Source: an uncultured Desulfobacterales bacterium (lineage in GTDB: Bacteria; Desulfobacterota; Desulfobacteria; Desulfobacterales; CAJINA01). Taken from it: a DNA stretch of 64,000 bases. Positions 35,921 to 43,647 of the stretch are shown here, piece after piece (position 1 is the first letter of the stretch; each line of letters starts with the position of its first letter). The stretch covers positions 1,010 through 65,009 of the forward strand of contig CAZWPX010000023.1 of the NCBI GenBank assembly GCA_964636125.1, read 5' to 3'. The translations under genes were made by a program, and so were the position numbers. Under the pieces are notes generated by a model, which made no database searches, had not been told where the DNA came from, and was given only the letters and a program-made list of their open reading frames with translations.

Positions 35921-36510
35921 TATTTTGCGAAAACCTTCGCAATTTTGGCTTCCATTTCACCAGGAAGCGGTTTTCCTGATTCCATATCGATACAGTGTAC
36001 GGAGAACTTTCCTGCGGCCGTCACATGGACCGTGATGGTCCCGGGTGTCAACGTAATGGAATTGGCAAAAGTGGTACGGGCGACATCGCTGGAGAGTTTG
36101 CTGTCGAATTCTATGATCTTGGGATCGATCAGTTCCCGCATACGCGGGTGAAACACCAGGTACATGACATGCAGGTTTGCCAGAAAGATTTGATAAAGCA
36201 GCCATGGAATATAGCCCACAAACCGCAACCATACGAGAGGCAAATTCCGGTCCAGGGGCGCTGGAAAGAGTAAATCCCCGGATAAAAAAGCGACAATACC
36301 GCAGGAAACGGCACCCAAGATCAGATGGAATGCGTCAAATCTCCCTGAAAACACCAGCCACATTGCAAACATTGCCAGGAAGGTCAGCCAGAAGCCTGCG
36401 CCGAACCGCCTCGTTTTGACAGACAGGGGACTGCTTTCGACCTTTATTGATCTCGGCGGGTTGGATTGGGGCAAGCCGTTAGGGTCAGAAGTACGATTGG
36501 AAGTAGGCAT
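35920..36510 (-). CDS. mrpE: Mrp subunit E (with a ~45-aa N-terminal extension)
   Basis: FAMWLVFSGRFDAFHLILGAVSCGIVA...ANLHVMYLVFHP...TFANSITLTPGTITV is the MnhE pattern. It is the first gene of the operon. Confidence 0.8.
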   Translation of the reverse strand: MPTSNRTSDPNGLPQSNPPRSIKVESSPLSVKTRRFGAGFWLTFLAMFAMWLVFSGRFDAFHLILGAVSCGIVAFLSGDLLFPAPLDRNLPLVWLRFVGYIPWLLYQIFLANLHVMYLVFHPRMRELIDPKIIEFDSKLSSDVARTTFANSITLTPGTITVHVTAAGKFSVHCIDMESGKPLPGEMEAKIAKVFAK

Positions 36511-36623
36511 ACCTCAGGCCTCTCATCTTGTTGGCGGCTGTTGAGCAGGTCTAAGTCTCAATCGCAAGAAAAAGCGGATTGCGGTATACAGGTCAGTTTC
36601 AGGTGGCCGGTCTTATTGATTGA

Positions 36624-36639
36624 AGCAATATCCTTGCCA
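36624..36639 (-). promoter_or_regulatory. Putative sigma-54 (-24/-12) promoter for the mrp-like operon
   Basis: The minus strand reads TGGCAA-ggata-TTGCT, with correct GG-N10-GC spacing. It lies ~115 nt upstream of the mrpE ATG (36510). Confidence 0.5.
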
Positions 36640-36866
36640 ACAGCACCACGGTAGCGCATAAGTTAATGGGAATGCCGTCATATAAACGCTTTACCAGTTA
36701 TATCAACACAGTAAATTAATATTCTATCTGGTTTTCGCTTACGAGTTTGTACCTGGGGATCTCTGGCTTGTGAAAATACGCATTTAAATTATTGCACCGC
36801 TATACTATTATTGCAAGCTGATATCTTCGCGAAGTGGTTTCAAGTTACAAAATTCGGTTTTATGGA

Positions 36867-37040
36867 GAGATAGTGGTCTTTCATCCGGGCGTCATCCGCG
36901 GTATGGCCCTCTGTGTGCCCGCAACAGCCCTGGCCCACGCCGACCGCAGTCTCGGTGCCATCGTCCGCCTGGCCGCTGACCTGGGCCTGCCCCTTTGTAT
37001 CGAGAACATGTTCCCCGGCTATGGGGCTTTTATTGAAACC
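36867..37040 (+). pseudogene. Possible remnant of a sugar-phosphate isomerase/epimerase (xylose-isomerase-like TIM barrel)
   Basis: The translation EIVVFHPGVIRG...ALAHADRSLGAIVRLAADLGLPLCIENMFPG resembles the central HPG...A...G..L.IEN segment of that family. Only about 60 aa are present, with no proper start or end. Confidence 0.3.
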
Positions 37041-37044
37041 AAAC

Positions 37045-37308
37045 CTACTTCTTATCTCCCGCCGGGTAAAACCCCTTCTCCTCCATGCACTTATCAGTGA
37101 GATAGCGGACTTCGCCATACGTGCCCCAGTCCTGGGCAGGGTCACGGGTCAGGTTATTCTTGGATTGGCCCTCAGCCTTGCTCACACAGTCCGCGTAAGC
37201 TTCATCCCATTTTGCCTCAGGCACGGTATTGTGTTTCCAACCGTGACCGCAGGCCATGAGCAAAACAGACAACACCAGGCAGCTCGAAATTTTGATGATC
37301 GTATGCAT
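37045..37308 (-). CDS. Small lipoprotein
   Basis: The ATG at 37308 follows AAGGAGG. MHTIIKISSCLVLSVLLMACGHG is a lipobox signal. 87 aa. Confidence 0.6.
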   Translation of the reverse strand: MHTIIKISSCLVLSVLLMACGHGWKHNTVPEAKWDEAYADCVSKAEGQSKNNLTRDPAQDWGTYGEVRYLTDKCMEEKGFYPAGDKK

Positions 37309-37370
37309 GCTAACCTCCTTAAGCTTCTGAATAGACTCCACTGTAATGCTTTTCCTGGATTTAGCAATCA

Positions 37371-37589
37371 TTATTGTGACCGGCTCCCCGAGGCCGGAGG
37401 AATCAGGCTCATGGCTCTTTCAGCCATGGCAGCAATGGTCAGGCTCGGGTTGGCGCCGATATTGGATGAGACAGAGGCACCGTTTATGACAAAGAGCCCC
37501 GGGTAACCAAACACCTGGTGGGAAGTGTCAATGACGCCGTCCGCCGCCGATGATCGCGTAATCGTACTCCATCGTCGTTGATCTCTCAC
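37371..37589 (-). pseudogene. C-terminal remnant of a GMC-family oxidoreductase
   Basis: AADGVIDTSHQVFGYPGLFVINGASVSSNIGANPSLTIAAMAERA matches the conserved GMC C-terminus (VVD...V.G...L.V.DaS..P...gaNP..Ti.A.AeR). The ~500 aa that should precede it are missing. Confidence 0.45.
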
Positions 37590-37695
37590 CGGATCGGTAG
37601 AACCTATCCGGGTCCTCCGCCAGAGGTGGACGGATTAAATCAAAAGTCAAACACCGTTAGTCTCCCCTGCAAAGCTGGGGGTTTACCGATGAATA

Positions 37696-38157
37696 TTAAC
37701 CCAGTGCAAAAACCAGCAGGTTGAGCGTATCCTGATAAATACAGGGGTCCTTGCTCGCCCGCGGTCCGGCCACGTTGAGCACCTCGATACGCTGGAGTTC
37801 GATCCACGAGGCCACCAGGGAGGCGGCATCGTTCAAGTTGCTGTGGTTGTTTAAATCGATTCCCAGCAGCTGTTTGCCCCGCCGCAGGACCACCACCCGG
37901 GTGTAATCCGTCCCGCCGGTGGGCGTTCCCCGGGAAATCAGCAGGGTCCCGTCGGACTCCAGCACATTTTTGTCTGTCCGTTTGCTGTAGCTGTCGGTGG
38001 GCATTTCCACCAGGTTGTAGGTTTCCGGCAGGGACCCGTCTTCGGTGAGTCGTCCTTTGGGGAGCCACCCGCCATGGGGAATGCCCAGTCGTATGGCCGC
38101 ATCCAGGGCTGCCTGGTCCGCACCCGTCTGACCGCCTGATATGATCTTCTTCAGCAT
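37696..38157 (-). CDS. SLOG-superfamily protein, putative molybdenum-cofactor-carrier-like (YpsA-like)
   Basis: Start at 38157 (GGTGAAGG SD). MLKKIISGGQTGADQAALDAAIRLGIPHGGWLPKGR is the N-terminal GGQTGAD Rossmann-like motif of that family. Confidence 0.7.
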   Translation of the reverse strand: MLKKIISGGQTGADQAALDAAIRLGIPHGGWLPKGRLTEDGSLPETYNLVEMPTDSYSKRTDKNVLESDGTLLISRGTPTGGTDYTRVVVLRRGKQLLGIDLNNHSNLNDAASLVASWIELQRIEVLNVAGPRASKDPCIYQDTLNLLVFALG

Positions 38158-38458
38158 GATGCCTTCACCTTTTCTTTTTACCTGGGGCAAAATTGGGAAT
38201 CGTTCGATATGGGTTTGAAAGGCGTGTCATGAATTCTCCACGACCTTTTCTATGCCACGATCTGTAGCACATAGTTGTAAAAATTGGAACTGCGTCACGC
38301 AACCCGCAGTTGACAAGCTCCGCTGTGCTTCAGTAACCTGTCCCGCAATAAACAGCGGTAGTGTTACCTTACAGGTCAGCTTTCAGGCTTATATTAATCC
38401 GTGGAAGCGGCAGCTATATTCTCAATTTGAAAACTTCAACACCATCAACGGAGTGATA

Positions 38459-39790
38459 ATGGCCAGGCCTGCAAAAGGATCCGCCATAAACGGCATCTTC
38501 ATCTTCCTGATTCTATCCGGTATCCTGGCGGCCCTGGCCATGGGAAACATGGAAAAGGTCACCAAGGCTTCATTTGATGCGGCCAAAACCGCAGTGGAAC
38601 TTGCCATCGGCCTGGTAGGGGCCATGGCCCTTTGGCTGGGGCTGATGAAAGTGGTCGAGCAGGCCGGTCTGCTGCTGGTCATTGCCCGGCGCCTTAAACC
38701 CGTGATGACCAGACTTTTCCCGGATGTGCCGGGCGAGCACCCGGCCATGAGCGCCATGATCATGAACATGGCCTCAAATATCATGGGCCTGGGCAACGCG
38801 GCCACGCCCTTCGGCATCAAAGCCATGGAAGAGCTGAACCGCCTGAATCCGAACAAGGGTACGGCCACCCATTCCATGTGCCTATTCCTTGCAATCAATA
38901 CCAGCAGTGTCACCCTGCTCCCCATGGGGGTGATCGCCGTGAGGGCCGGCGCCGGGGCTCTGGATCCGGCCGGCATCTTACTGCCGTCCATTTTTTCTAC
39001 CACCTGCTCAACGCTTGTGGCCATCACTGCGGCTAAAATCCTGGCCCGGGGTTCCGCTCAGAGTCCCCCGCCCCATGAGGCCGCCCGTCTGGAAGCCACG
39101 AATACCGAAAGACAGGCTGCGTTTGAATCCGACACGCCGCAAGAACCACTGACAGCGCAGGGATGGCGACGCCTCTGCCTGCCGGGTTATTTTCTGGTAT
39201 TTTCAATCGCACTGGCAACCTACCTGACCCTGCATATCACCGGTGGGGCCGGCCCGGGTGAGTTCCTCCTGAAACAACTGCCGACCTGGCTGATTCCGTT
39301 CCTCATGGGGCTGTTCGTGGTTTACGGTTTCAGCCGCAGGGTTCCGGTGTATGAAACGGTCTGTGAGGGTGCCAAAGAGGGCTTCAAGGTGGCGCTGCGC
39401 ATCATTCCCTTTCTGGTGGCCATCCTGGTGGCCATTACTGTTTTTCGTTCATCCGGCGCACTGGAGCTATTGATCACAGCCATTGAACCGGCCACCGCCC
39501 TGATCGGCATGCCGGCCGACACTCTGCCCATGGCACTGGTGCGGCCGCTTTCGGGTTCCGGCGCTTTCGGGGTAATGAGCGATATCATCAGCAGCGCGCC
39601 GGATTCGCGCTCAGCCTTTATTGCCAGTATCATGCAGGGCTCCACAGAAACGACGTTTTATGTTCTGGCAGTCTACTTCGGAGCGGTTGGCATCACCCGT
39701 GTTCGCTATGCAGTCACGGCCGCACTGCTGGCTGACCTGGCCGGTTTTCTGGCCGCGGTCTTCTGGGGCAATCTGTTCTATGCCGGTTAA
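38459..39790 (+). CDS. Nucleoside-recognition-domain membrane protein (fused SpmA/SpmB-like)
   Basis: I chose the ATG at 38459 (GGAG upstream); the 69 codons before it in the track ORF look non-coding. The first half has GLGNAATPFGIKAMEEL (SpmA-like). The second half has LVRPLSGSGAFGVMSDI...QGSTETTFYVLAVYFG (SpmB-like). Confidence 0.85.
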   Translation: MARPAKGSAINGIFIFLILSGILAALAMGNMEKVTKASFDAAKTAVELAIGLVGAMALWLGLMKVVEQAGLLLVIARRLKPVMTRLFPDVPGEHPAMSAMIMNMASNIMGLGNAATPFGIKAMEELNRLNPNKGTATHSMCLFLAINTSSVTLLPMGVIAVRAGAGALDPAGILLPSIFSTTCSTLVAITAAKILARGSAQSPPPHEAARLEATNTERQAAFESDTPQEPLTAQGWRRLCLPGYFLVFSIALATYLTLHITGGAGPGEFLLKQLPTWLIPFLMGLFVVYGFSRRVPVYETVCEGAKEGFKVALRIIPFLVAILVAITVFRSSGALELLITAIEPATALIGMPADTLPMALVRPLSGSGAFGVMSDIISSAPDSRSAFIASIMQGSTETTFYVLAVYFGAVGITRVRYAVTAALLADLAGFLAAVFWGNLFYAG

Positions 39791-39807
39791 CCCGTTTCGC
39801 CACTGAG

Positions 39808-39838
39808 GCCAGCGTGCGAGCGCAGAGAGTTCCCTGGC
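39808..39838 (+). repeat. Conserved intergenic hairpin, copy 2
   Basis: GCCAGcG-tgcgagcgcagagagtt-CCCTGGC, 18 nt after the stop at 39790. It shares GTGCGAGCGCAG..AGTTCCCTG with 13451..13481. Confidence 0.5.
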
Positions 39839-39918
39839 ACCTGGATTTTACATTTCTCTATTAAGGCCTTATGATCAGATATCTTATATAGGGGCAACAA
39901 ACCGAAGAGGTGATCTCC

Positions 39919-40218
39919 ATGAAGTTATTTATCGCGGCCTTCCTGTTTTTCACCCTGGCCCCCGCGGCCCAGGCCCAGAGGGGCGACGGCAGTACCTACC
40001 GCTGCCAGAATTCTGAACTTATCCATGTCGGCGACTCAGCCTTTCTCATCAAATTGAAATGCGGACCGCCGACCCACAAAGAGGTGATTAATACCGGCTA
40101 CGGCAAAGGAGGCCAGATTGTAACGGAGTGGTACTACCCGAGGAAGAACGGCTGGTACGGCGTTCTGACGATACGCGCCGGTAAACTCATCAGAATTGGC
40201 ACCATTCAAACAAGATGA
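39919..40218 (+). CDS. Secreted DUF2845-like protein
   Basis: ATG at 39919 (GAAGAGGTG SD) and signal peptide MKLFIAAFLFFTLAPAAQA. YRCQNSELIHVGDSAFLIKLKCGPP...EWYY...LTIRAGKLIRI fits my memory of DUF2845. Confidence 0.65.
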   Translation: MKLFIAAFLFFTLAPAAQAQRGDGSTYRCQNSELIHVGDSAFLIKLKCGPPTHKEVINTGYGKGGQIVTEWYYPRKNGWYGVLTIRAGKLIRIGTIQTR

Positions 40219-40262
40219 ACAGTGAACCTGAGCCCAGCCTTTTTTTTACAGGTTACAGACCA

Positions 40263-40388
40263 TCAGCAGCAACAGGGATCCACACGGCAGCCGCAGGGGT
40301 CTACGTAGTAACAACAACAGCTGGAACTGGAAGTTTCCTCGCTGCTCTCTTCCTTGGTTTCAGTTTTTACATCTTTATCGTTGGACAT
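40263..40388 (-). CDS. Unannotated 41-aa cysteine-rich peptide (metallothionein-like or RiPP-precursor-like)
   Basis: Below the track's size cut-off. A perfect SD (AGGAGGT) lies 6 nt before the ATG at 40388. My codon-by-codon hand translation is MSNDKDVKTETKEESSEETSSSSCCCYYVDPCGCRVDPCCC*. It competes with the low-GC3 + ORF 40215..40403. Confidence 0.45.
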   Translation of the reverse strand: MSNDKDVKTETKEESSEETSSSSCCCYYVDPCGCRVDPCCC

Positions 40389-40432
40389 ATTGTTACCTCC
40401 TGAAATCGGAAAGGTTATTTTGAATTAGTTTT

Positions 40433-40495
40433 GTCATTCCGGCGCATGCCGGAATCCAGCGGTATTACTGGATACCGGATCAAGTCCGATATGAC
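40433..40495. repeat. REP/MITE-like palindromic element
   Basis: GTCATTCCGGCgcatGCCGGAATCCAG...CTGGATACCGGATCAAGTCCGATATGAC has GTCAT/ATGAC termini and an 8-bp ATTCCGGC/GCCGGAAT hairpin. It belongs to the widespread element class that yields spurious VIPA.AGIQ peptides. Confidence 0.6.
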
Positions 40496-40614
40496 GGCCT
40501 ACACATAATAAGTTGCCGGGTTAATACCAGCGGGATGAGCCTGGCGAAAACCGCACCTGAGTTTTTTAGGCATTCGAGAAACTATTAATATAAGCGCAAA
40601 TAACGGGGGTAAAT

Positions 40615-41016
40615 ATGCATCCGCGTCCATGGGTCGGAGTGGGGGTCATCATCACACGCAACGGAAAGATCCTGCTCGGCAAACGCCGTAACGCCCACGG
40701 CGAGGGCACCTGGTGCTGCCCCGGCGGGCACCTGGAATACGGTGAAACCCTGGAAGCCTGCGCCCGGCGCGAAGTCCGCGAAGAGACAGGACTGGAGATC
40801 GTGGACGTTCAGCGCGGCGCCTTCACCAATGACCTGTTTGCTAAAGAGGGCAAACACTATGTCACCCTCTATATGCGGGCCAATTGCCCGACTGGAACCC
40901 CCGCGGTATGCGAGCCCGAAAAGTGTTCAGCATGGGCCTGGTTTTCTCCCAAGGCACTACCCGAACCTCTGTTTCTACCCCTTCAAAACCTGCTCCAAGA
41001 CGGCTATAGTCTCTAA
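40615..41016 (+). CDS. NUDIX hydrolase (MutT-like)
   Basis: The Nudix box GGHLEYGETLEACARREVREETGL is present (GX5EX7REUXEEXGU). Confidence 0.9.
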   Translation: MHPRPWVGVGVIITRNGKILLGKRRNAHGEGTWCCPGGHLEYGETLEACARREVREETGLEIVDVQRGAFTNDLFAKEGKHYVTLYMRANCPTGTPAVCEPEKCSAWAWFSPKALPEPLFLPLQNLLQDGYSL

Positions 41017-41263
41017 AAACTGCCGGCTCCTTTCGGTCAAATCAATTCTGTTTGCCACCCATTTTCCAGACCTTTGCAGGGATATCAAAGCCGACACAAC
41101 CAGATACCCGGGTCTACTATCGCCTTAAAAATCGCAAACTAAGGGCAATCTTCAGGCCACCGAAACCTTAAGACACTGATATTTAATGAATATAATTCCT
41201 ATATCAGTCCTTTACATTTTTGCTTTTTTTGCACATACTTAGTTTACACATTGTTTGTAAGCA

Positions 41264-43054
41264 GTGTGTGTTACCCGGGTAACTTGGAGATCGTTCATCT
41301 ATCCGCTGAAAGGGAACCCGTTGGCCCCAGCAAATAGTCACAATGACGGCTCGCATTCAGGGAAGCTTAAGGACAGCGACCTGTACACGCTCATTGAATT
41401 GGGGAGCACGGTCCATTCTTCGCTCGACTCCCGCCAGGTATTTGCCATGATTATGGAAAATACAAACAAAGTCGCCGACTCGGTGGCCAGTACGCTCTTT
41501 CTTCTGGATGAAAACACCGACGAACTGGTTTTCTGCACGCCGACCGGACCCATCGCTGCACAGCTTGTCAATATGCGGATTAAGCGGGGTCAGGGAGTTG
41601 TCGGGTGGGTCCTGGAGAACGGAAAGCCGGCCAATGTCCCTGATGTATCCCGGGATCCCCGGTTTTTTAAGGAAATCGATACCAACACTGGATTCCAGAC
41701 AAAGGCCTTGTTGTGTGTGCCGCTGAAACTGGCCGGCAGGACCATCGGCGTTCTTGAGGCGGTCAACAAAAAAGACGGCTCCAGTTTTACGAAAAAAGAT
41801 ACCCTGCTGCTTTCAATTTTTGCCGACCAGACGGTGATGGCCATAGAAAATGCCCGGCTGCATGGTGCCCTTGAAAACCAGCTGCAGGAGACCCTTCGTC
41901 TGCAGGAACGCCTCTCGGAAGCTGAAAAAAGTCGTGTCCTGACAAAACTCTCCACAGGCATCGCCCATGACTTTAACAACATATTGAATGCCATTACCGG
42001 TTTTGCAGAAATTTTACATCTGGATGCAGAGGATGAAAAAACCCGTGAGGATATTGATGAAATCCTCAGGGCGTCCCATAGTGCCATGGACCTGGTTGAA
42101 CAGATCCTGGCTTTTACCAAACAGAGCCCGCACAAAAAGTCGCCTGTAAGCAGTCGCAATTGCTTCAAACAGGCTGTCAAGTTGTTCCGGATATTCCTGC
42201 CGCAGAATATTCAAATTCATGAAAACCTGTCCCTCGACAACGCCCAGATCCTGGCGAACTCAACCCAGCTGCACCACGCGATCACACAAATTTTCAAGAA
42301 TGCACGCGACGCCATTGGGCACGAGGAAGGTATCCTGGACGTCACATTTACCGTTGTTAAGCTCGATTCCGTGGCAATATCCTTTTTCCCCGGTTTGAAA
42401 CCCGGCACCTACGTCAAATACACGATTAGCGACAATGGCTGCGGAATGGATCCAGTAACCCTCAATCAGGCTTTTGAACCATACTTCAGCACCAAAATAA
42501 GGACCGTCGGCACCGGGATGGGACTCCCCGCGGTGAAGGGTATCATCAAAGACCATGGCGGTGCTCTGTCAATCAGCAGCGCACCGGGTCAGGGAACCCG
42601 GGTAGAGATTTTGCTGCCCCGGCACGAATCGAAACCGACTGCCCGCCCCCGCGCCCTGGATGAGCTGCCCCGCGGCACAGAAAAAATCATGGTGGTCGAT
42701 GATGAAAAAATCATGGCCAACACCATGAAAAAGATGCTTCAATCTCTGGGTTACCAGGTCGTCACGGTATTCAGTTCAGCCGAGGCTCTCGAAACATTTA
42801 ATGTGGACCCGCACGATTTTGACCTTGTCTTTACAGATTGGGCCATGCCGGGAATCACCGGAGACAGGCTGGCCGAAATCATGGTAGAAACCAAACCGGA
42901 CACGAAAGTCATTCTCTACTCTGCCTTCGATGAAGGTATGACCAAAGAGAACTTCCGGCCGCAGAGCATTCGCCGAACCTTGAAAAAACCGATCAGCATG
43001 GAGAAACTTGCCTTTTCGGTCAGGCAGGTTCTGGACACGCCCCCGGGTGCGTAA
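41264..43054 (+). CDS. Hybrid sensor histidine kinase: GAF-HisKA-HATPase-REC
   Basis: The GAF domain runs LYTLIELGSTVHSSLD...CVPLKLAGRTIGVLEAVNK. The H-box is LSTGIAHDFNNILNAITGF, the G-boxes are DNGCGMD and GTGMGLPAVKGI, and the receiver is MVVDDE...VFTDWAMPG. The start is uncertain: GTG at 41264 or TTG at 41321. Confidence 0.9.
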   Translation: MCVTRVTWRSFIYPLKGNPLAPANSHNDGSHSGKLKDSDLYTLIELGSTVHSSLDSRQVFAMIMENTNKVADSVASTLFLLDENTDELVFCTPTGPIAAQLVNMRIKRGQGVVGWVLENGKPANVPDVSRDPRFFKEIDTNTGFQTKALLCVPLKLAGRTIGVLEAVNKKDGSSFTKKDTLLLSIFADQTVMAIENARLHGALENQLQETLRLQERLSEAEKSRVLTKLSTGIAHDFNNILNAITGFAEILHLDAEDEKTREDIDEILRASHSAMDLVEQILAFTKQSPHKKSPVSSRNCFKQAVKLFRIFLPQNIQIHENLSLDNAQILANSTQLHHAITQIFKNARDAIGHEEGILDVTFTVVKLDSVAISFFPGLKPGTYVKYTISDNGCGMDPVTLNQAFEPYFSTKIRTVGTGMGLPAVKGIIKDHGGALSISSAPGQGTRVEILLPRHESKPTARPRALDELPRGTEKIMVVDDEKIMANTMKKMLQSLGYQVVTVFSSAEALETFNVDPHDFDLVFTDWAMPGITGDRLAEIMVETKPDTKVILYSAFDEGMTKENFRPQSIRRTLKKPISMEKLAFSVRQVLDTPPGA

Positions 43055-43453
43055 ATGAAAATAAATAAGATCGACCATATCTGCATAGCGGTGAAGGACC
43101 TGAATCAGGCCCGCGGCGTCTGGGAACCGGCGCTGGGGAAATCCGCGCCGGACGAAGAATACGTCGATAAACGTGAAAAAATCAAAGTAGCCCGCTATTG
43201 GGTGGGTGAAGTCGGGTTCGAATTGATGGAATCAACCGCTCCCGATGGGGATGTGGCCCGGTTTATCGAAAAGAAAGGTGAAGGCGTGATGCTGATCAGT
43301 TTCAACGTGGACAGCACCCGGGCAGCCATGGATGAATTGCAGCAAAAAGACTACCCCTTTATTGGAGGGACCCGCCCGTTTCGCAATTGCGAATTTGCTT
43401 TTGTGCACCCCCGCAAAATGAACGGTGTCCTGCTGGAGCTCATCGACGCCTAA
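43055..43453 (+). CDS. VOC-family protein, methylmalonyl-CoA epimerase-like
   Basis: IDHICIAVKDLNQA...GFELMES...FIEKKGEGVMLISFNVD...FVHPRKMNGVLLELI is the glyoxalase/epimerase fold pattern. The ATG follows the kinase stop directly. Confidence 0.8.
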   Translation: MKINKIDHICIAVKDLNQARGVWEPALGKSAPDEEYVDKREKIKVARYWVGEVGFELMESTAPDGDVARFIEKKGEGVMLISFNVDSTRAAMDELQQKDYPFIGGTRPFRNCEFAFVHPRKMNGVLLELIDA

Positions 43454-43623
43454 TCCAGGTCCAATTTAGCCCTGCATTTGTTGCAGGATACAACCCCCCG
43501 AAAAAGCTTGTGGCCGCACTCGGGACAAAAATATCGAGCCTCTTCATCCTCAATCCATTTTTGGGTGCCGTGTTGACGCCGGTATGGCACCGAACGTAAG
43601 ATCACCTTTTTACCGACGGCCAT
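43450..43623 (-). CDS. Small zinc-ribbon protein
   Basis: CPECGHKLFRGVVSCNKCRAKL carries a CxxC...CxxC motif. The start is ambiguous (ATG at 43623 with no clear SD, or TTG at 43665 overlapping nfsA). Confidence 0.4.
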   Translation of the reverse strand: MAVGKKVILRSVPYRRQHGTQKWIEDEEARYFCPECGHKLFRGVVSCNKCRAKLDLD

Positions 43624-43647
43624 CGAAAAATTGTCAAGGAAGCAAAA

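Noticed and set aside
36913-37506. 197-aa + ORF and 36840..37145 minus ORF in the remnant region
   Set aside because: They overlap the well-supported lipoprotein gene and the remnants, and show no family resemblance or SD.
38252-38458. 69-codon N-terminal extension of the SpmA/B-like ORF
   Set aside because: It shows no membrane or signal features. The ATG at 38459 has a GGAG SD and begins the first TM helix.
40215-40403. 62-aa + strand ORF overlapping the DUF2845 stop (ATGA)
   Set aside because: It is not fully excluded, given the possible coupling and a C-terminal hydrophobic stretch. However, its third-codon positions are mostly A/T, unlike the other genes in this window I read through. 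The opposite strand carries a Cys-rich ORF with a perfect SD, so I rate it low (~0.25).
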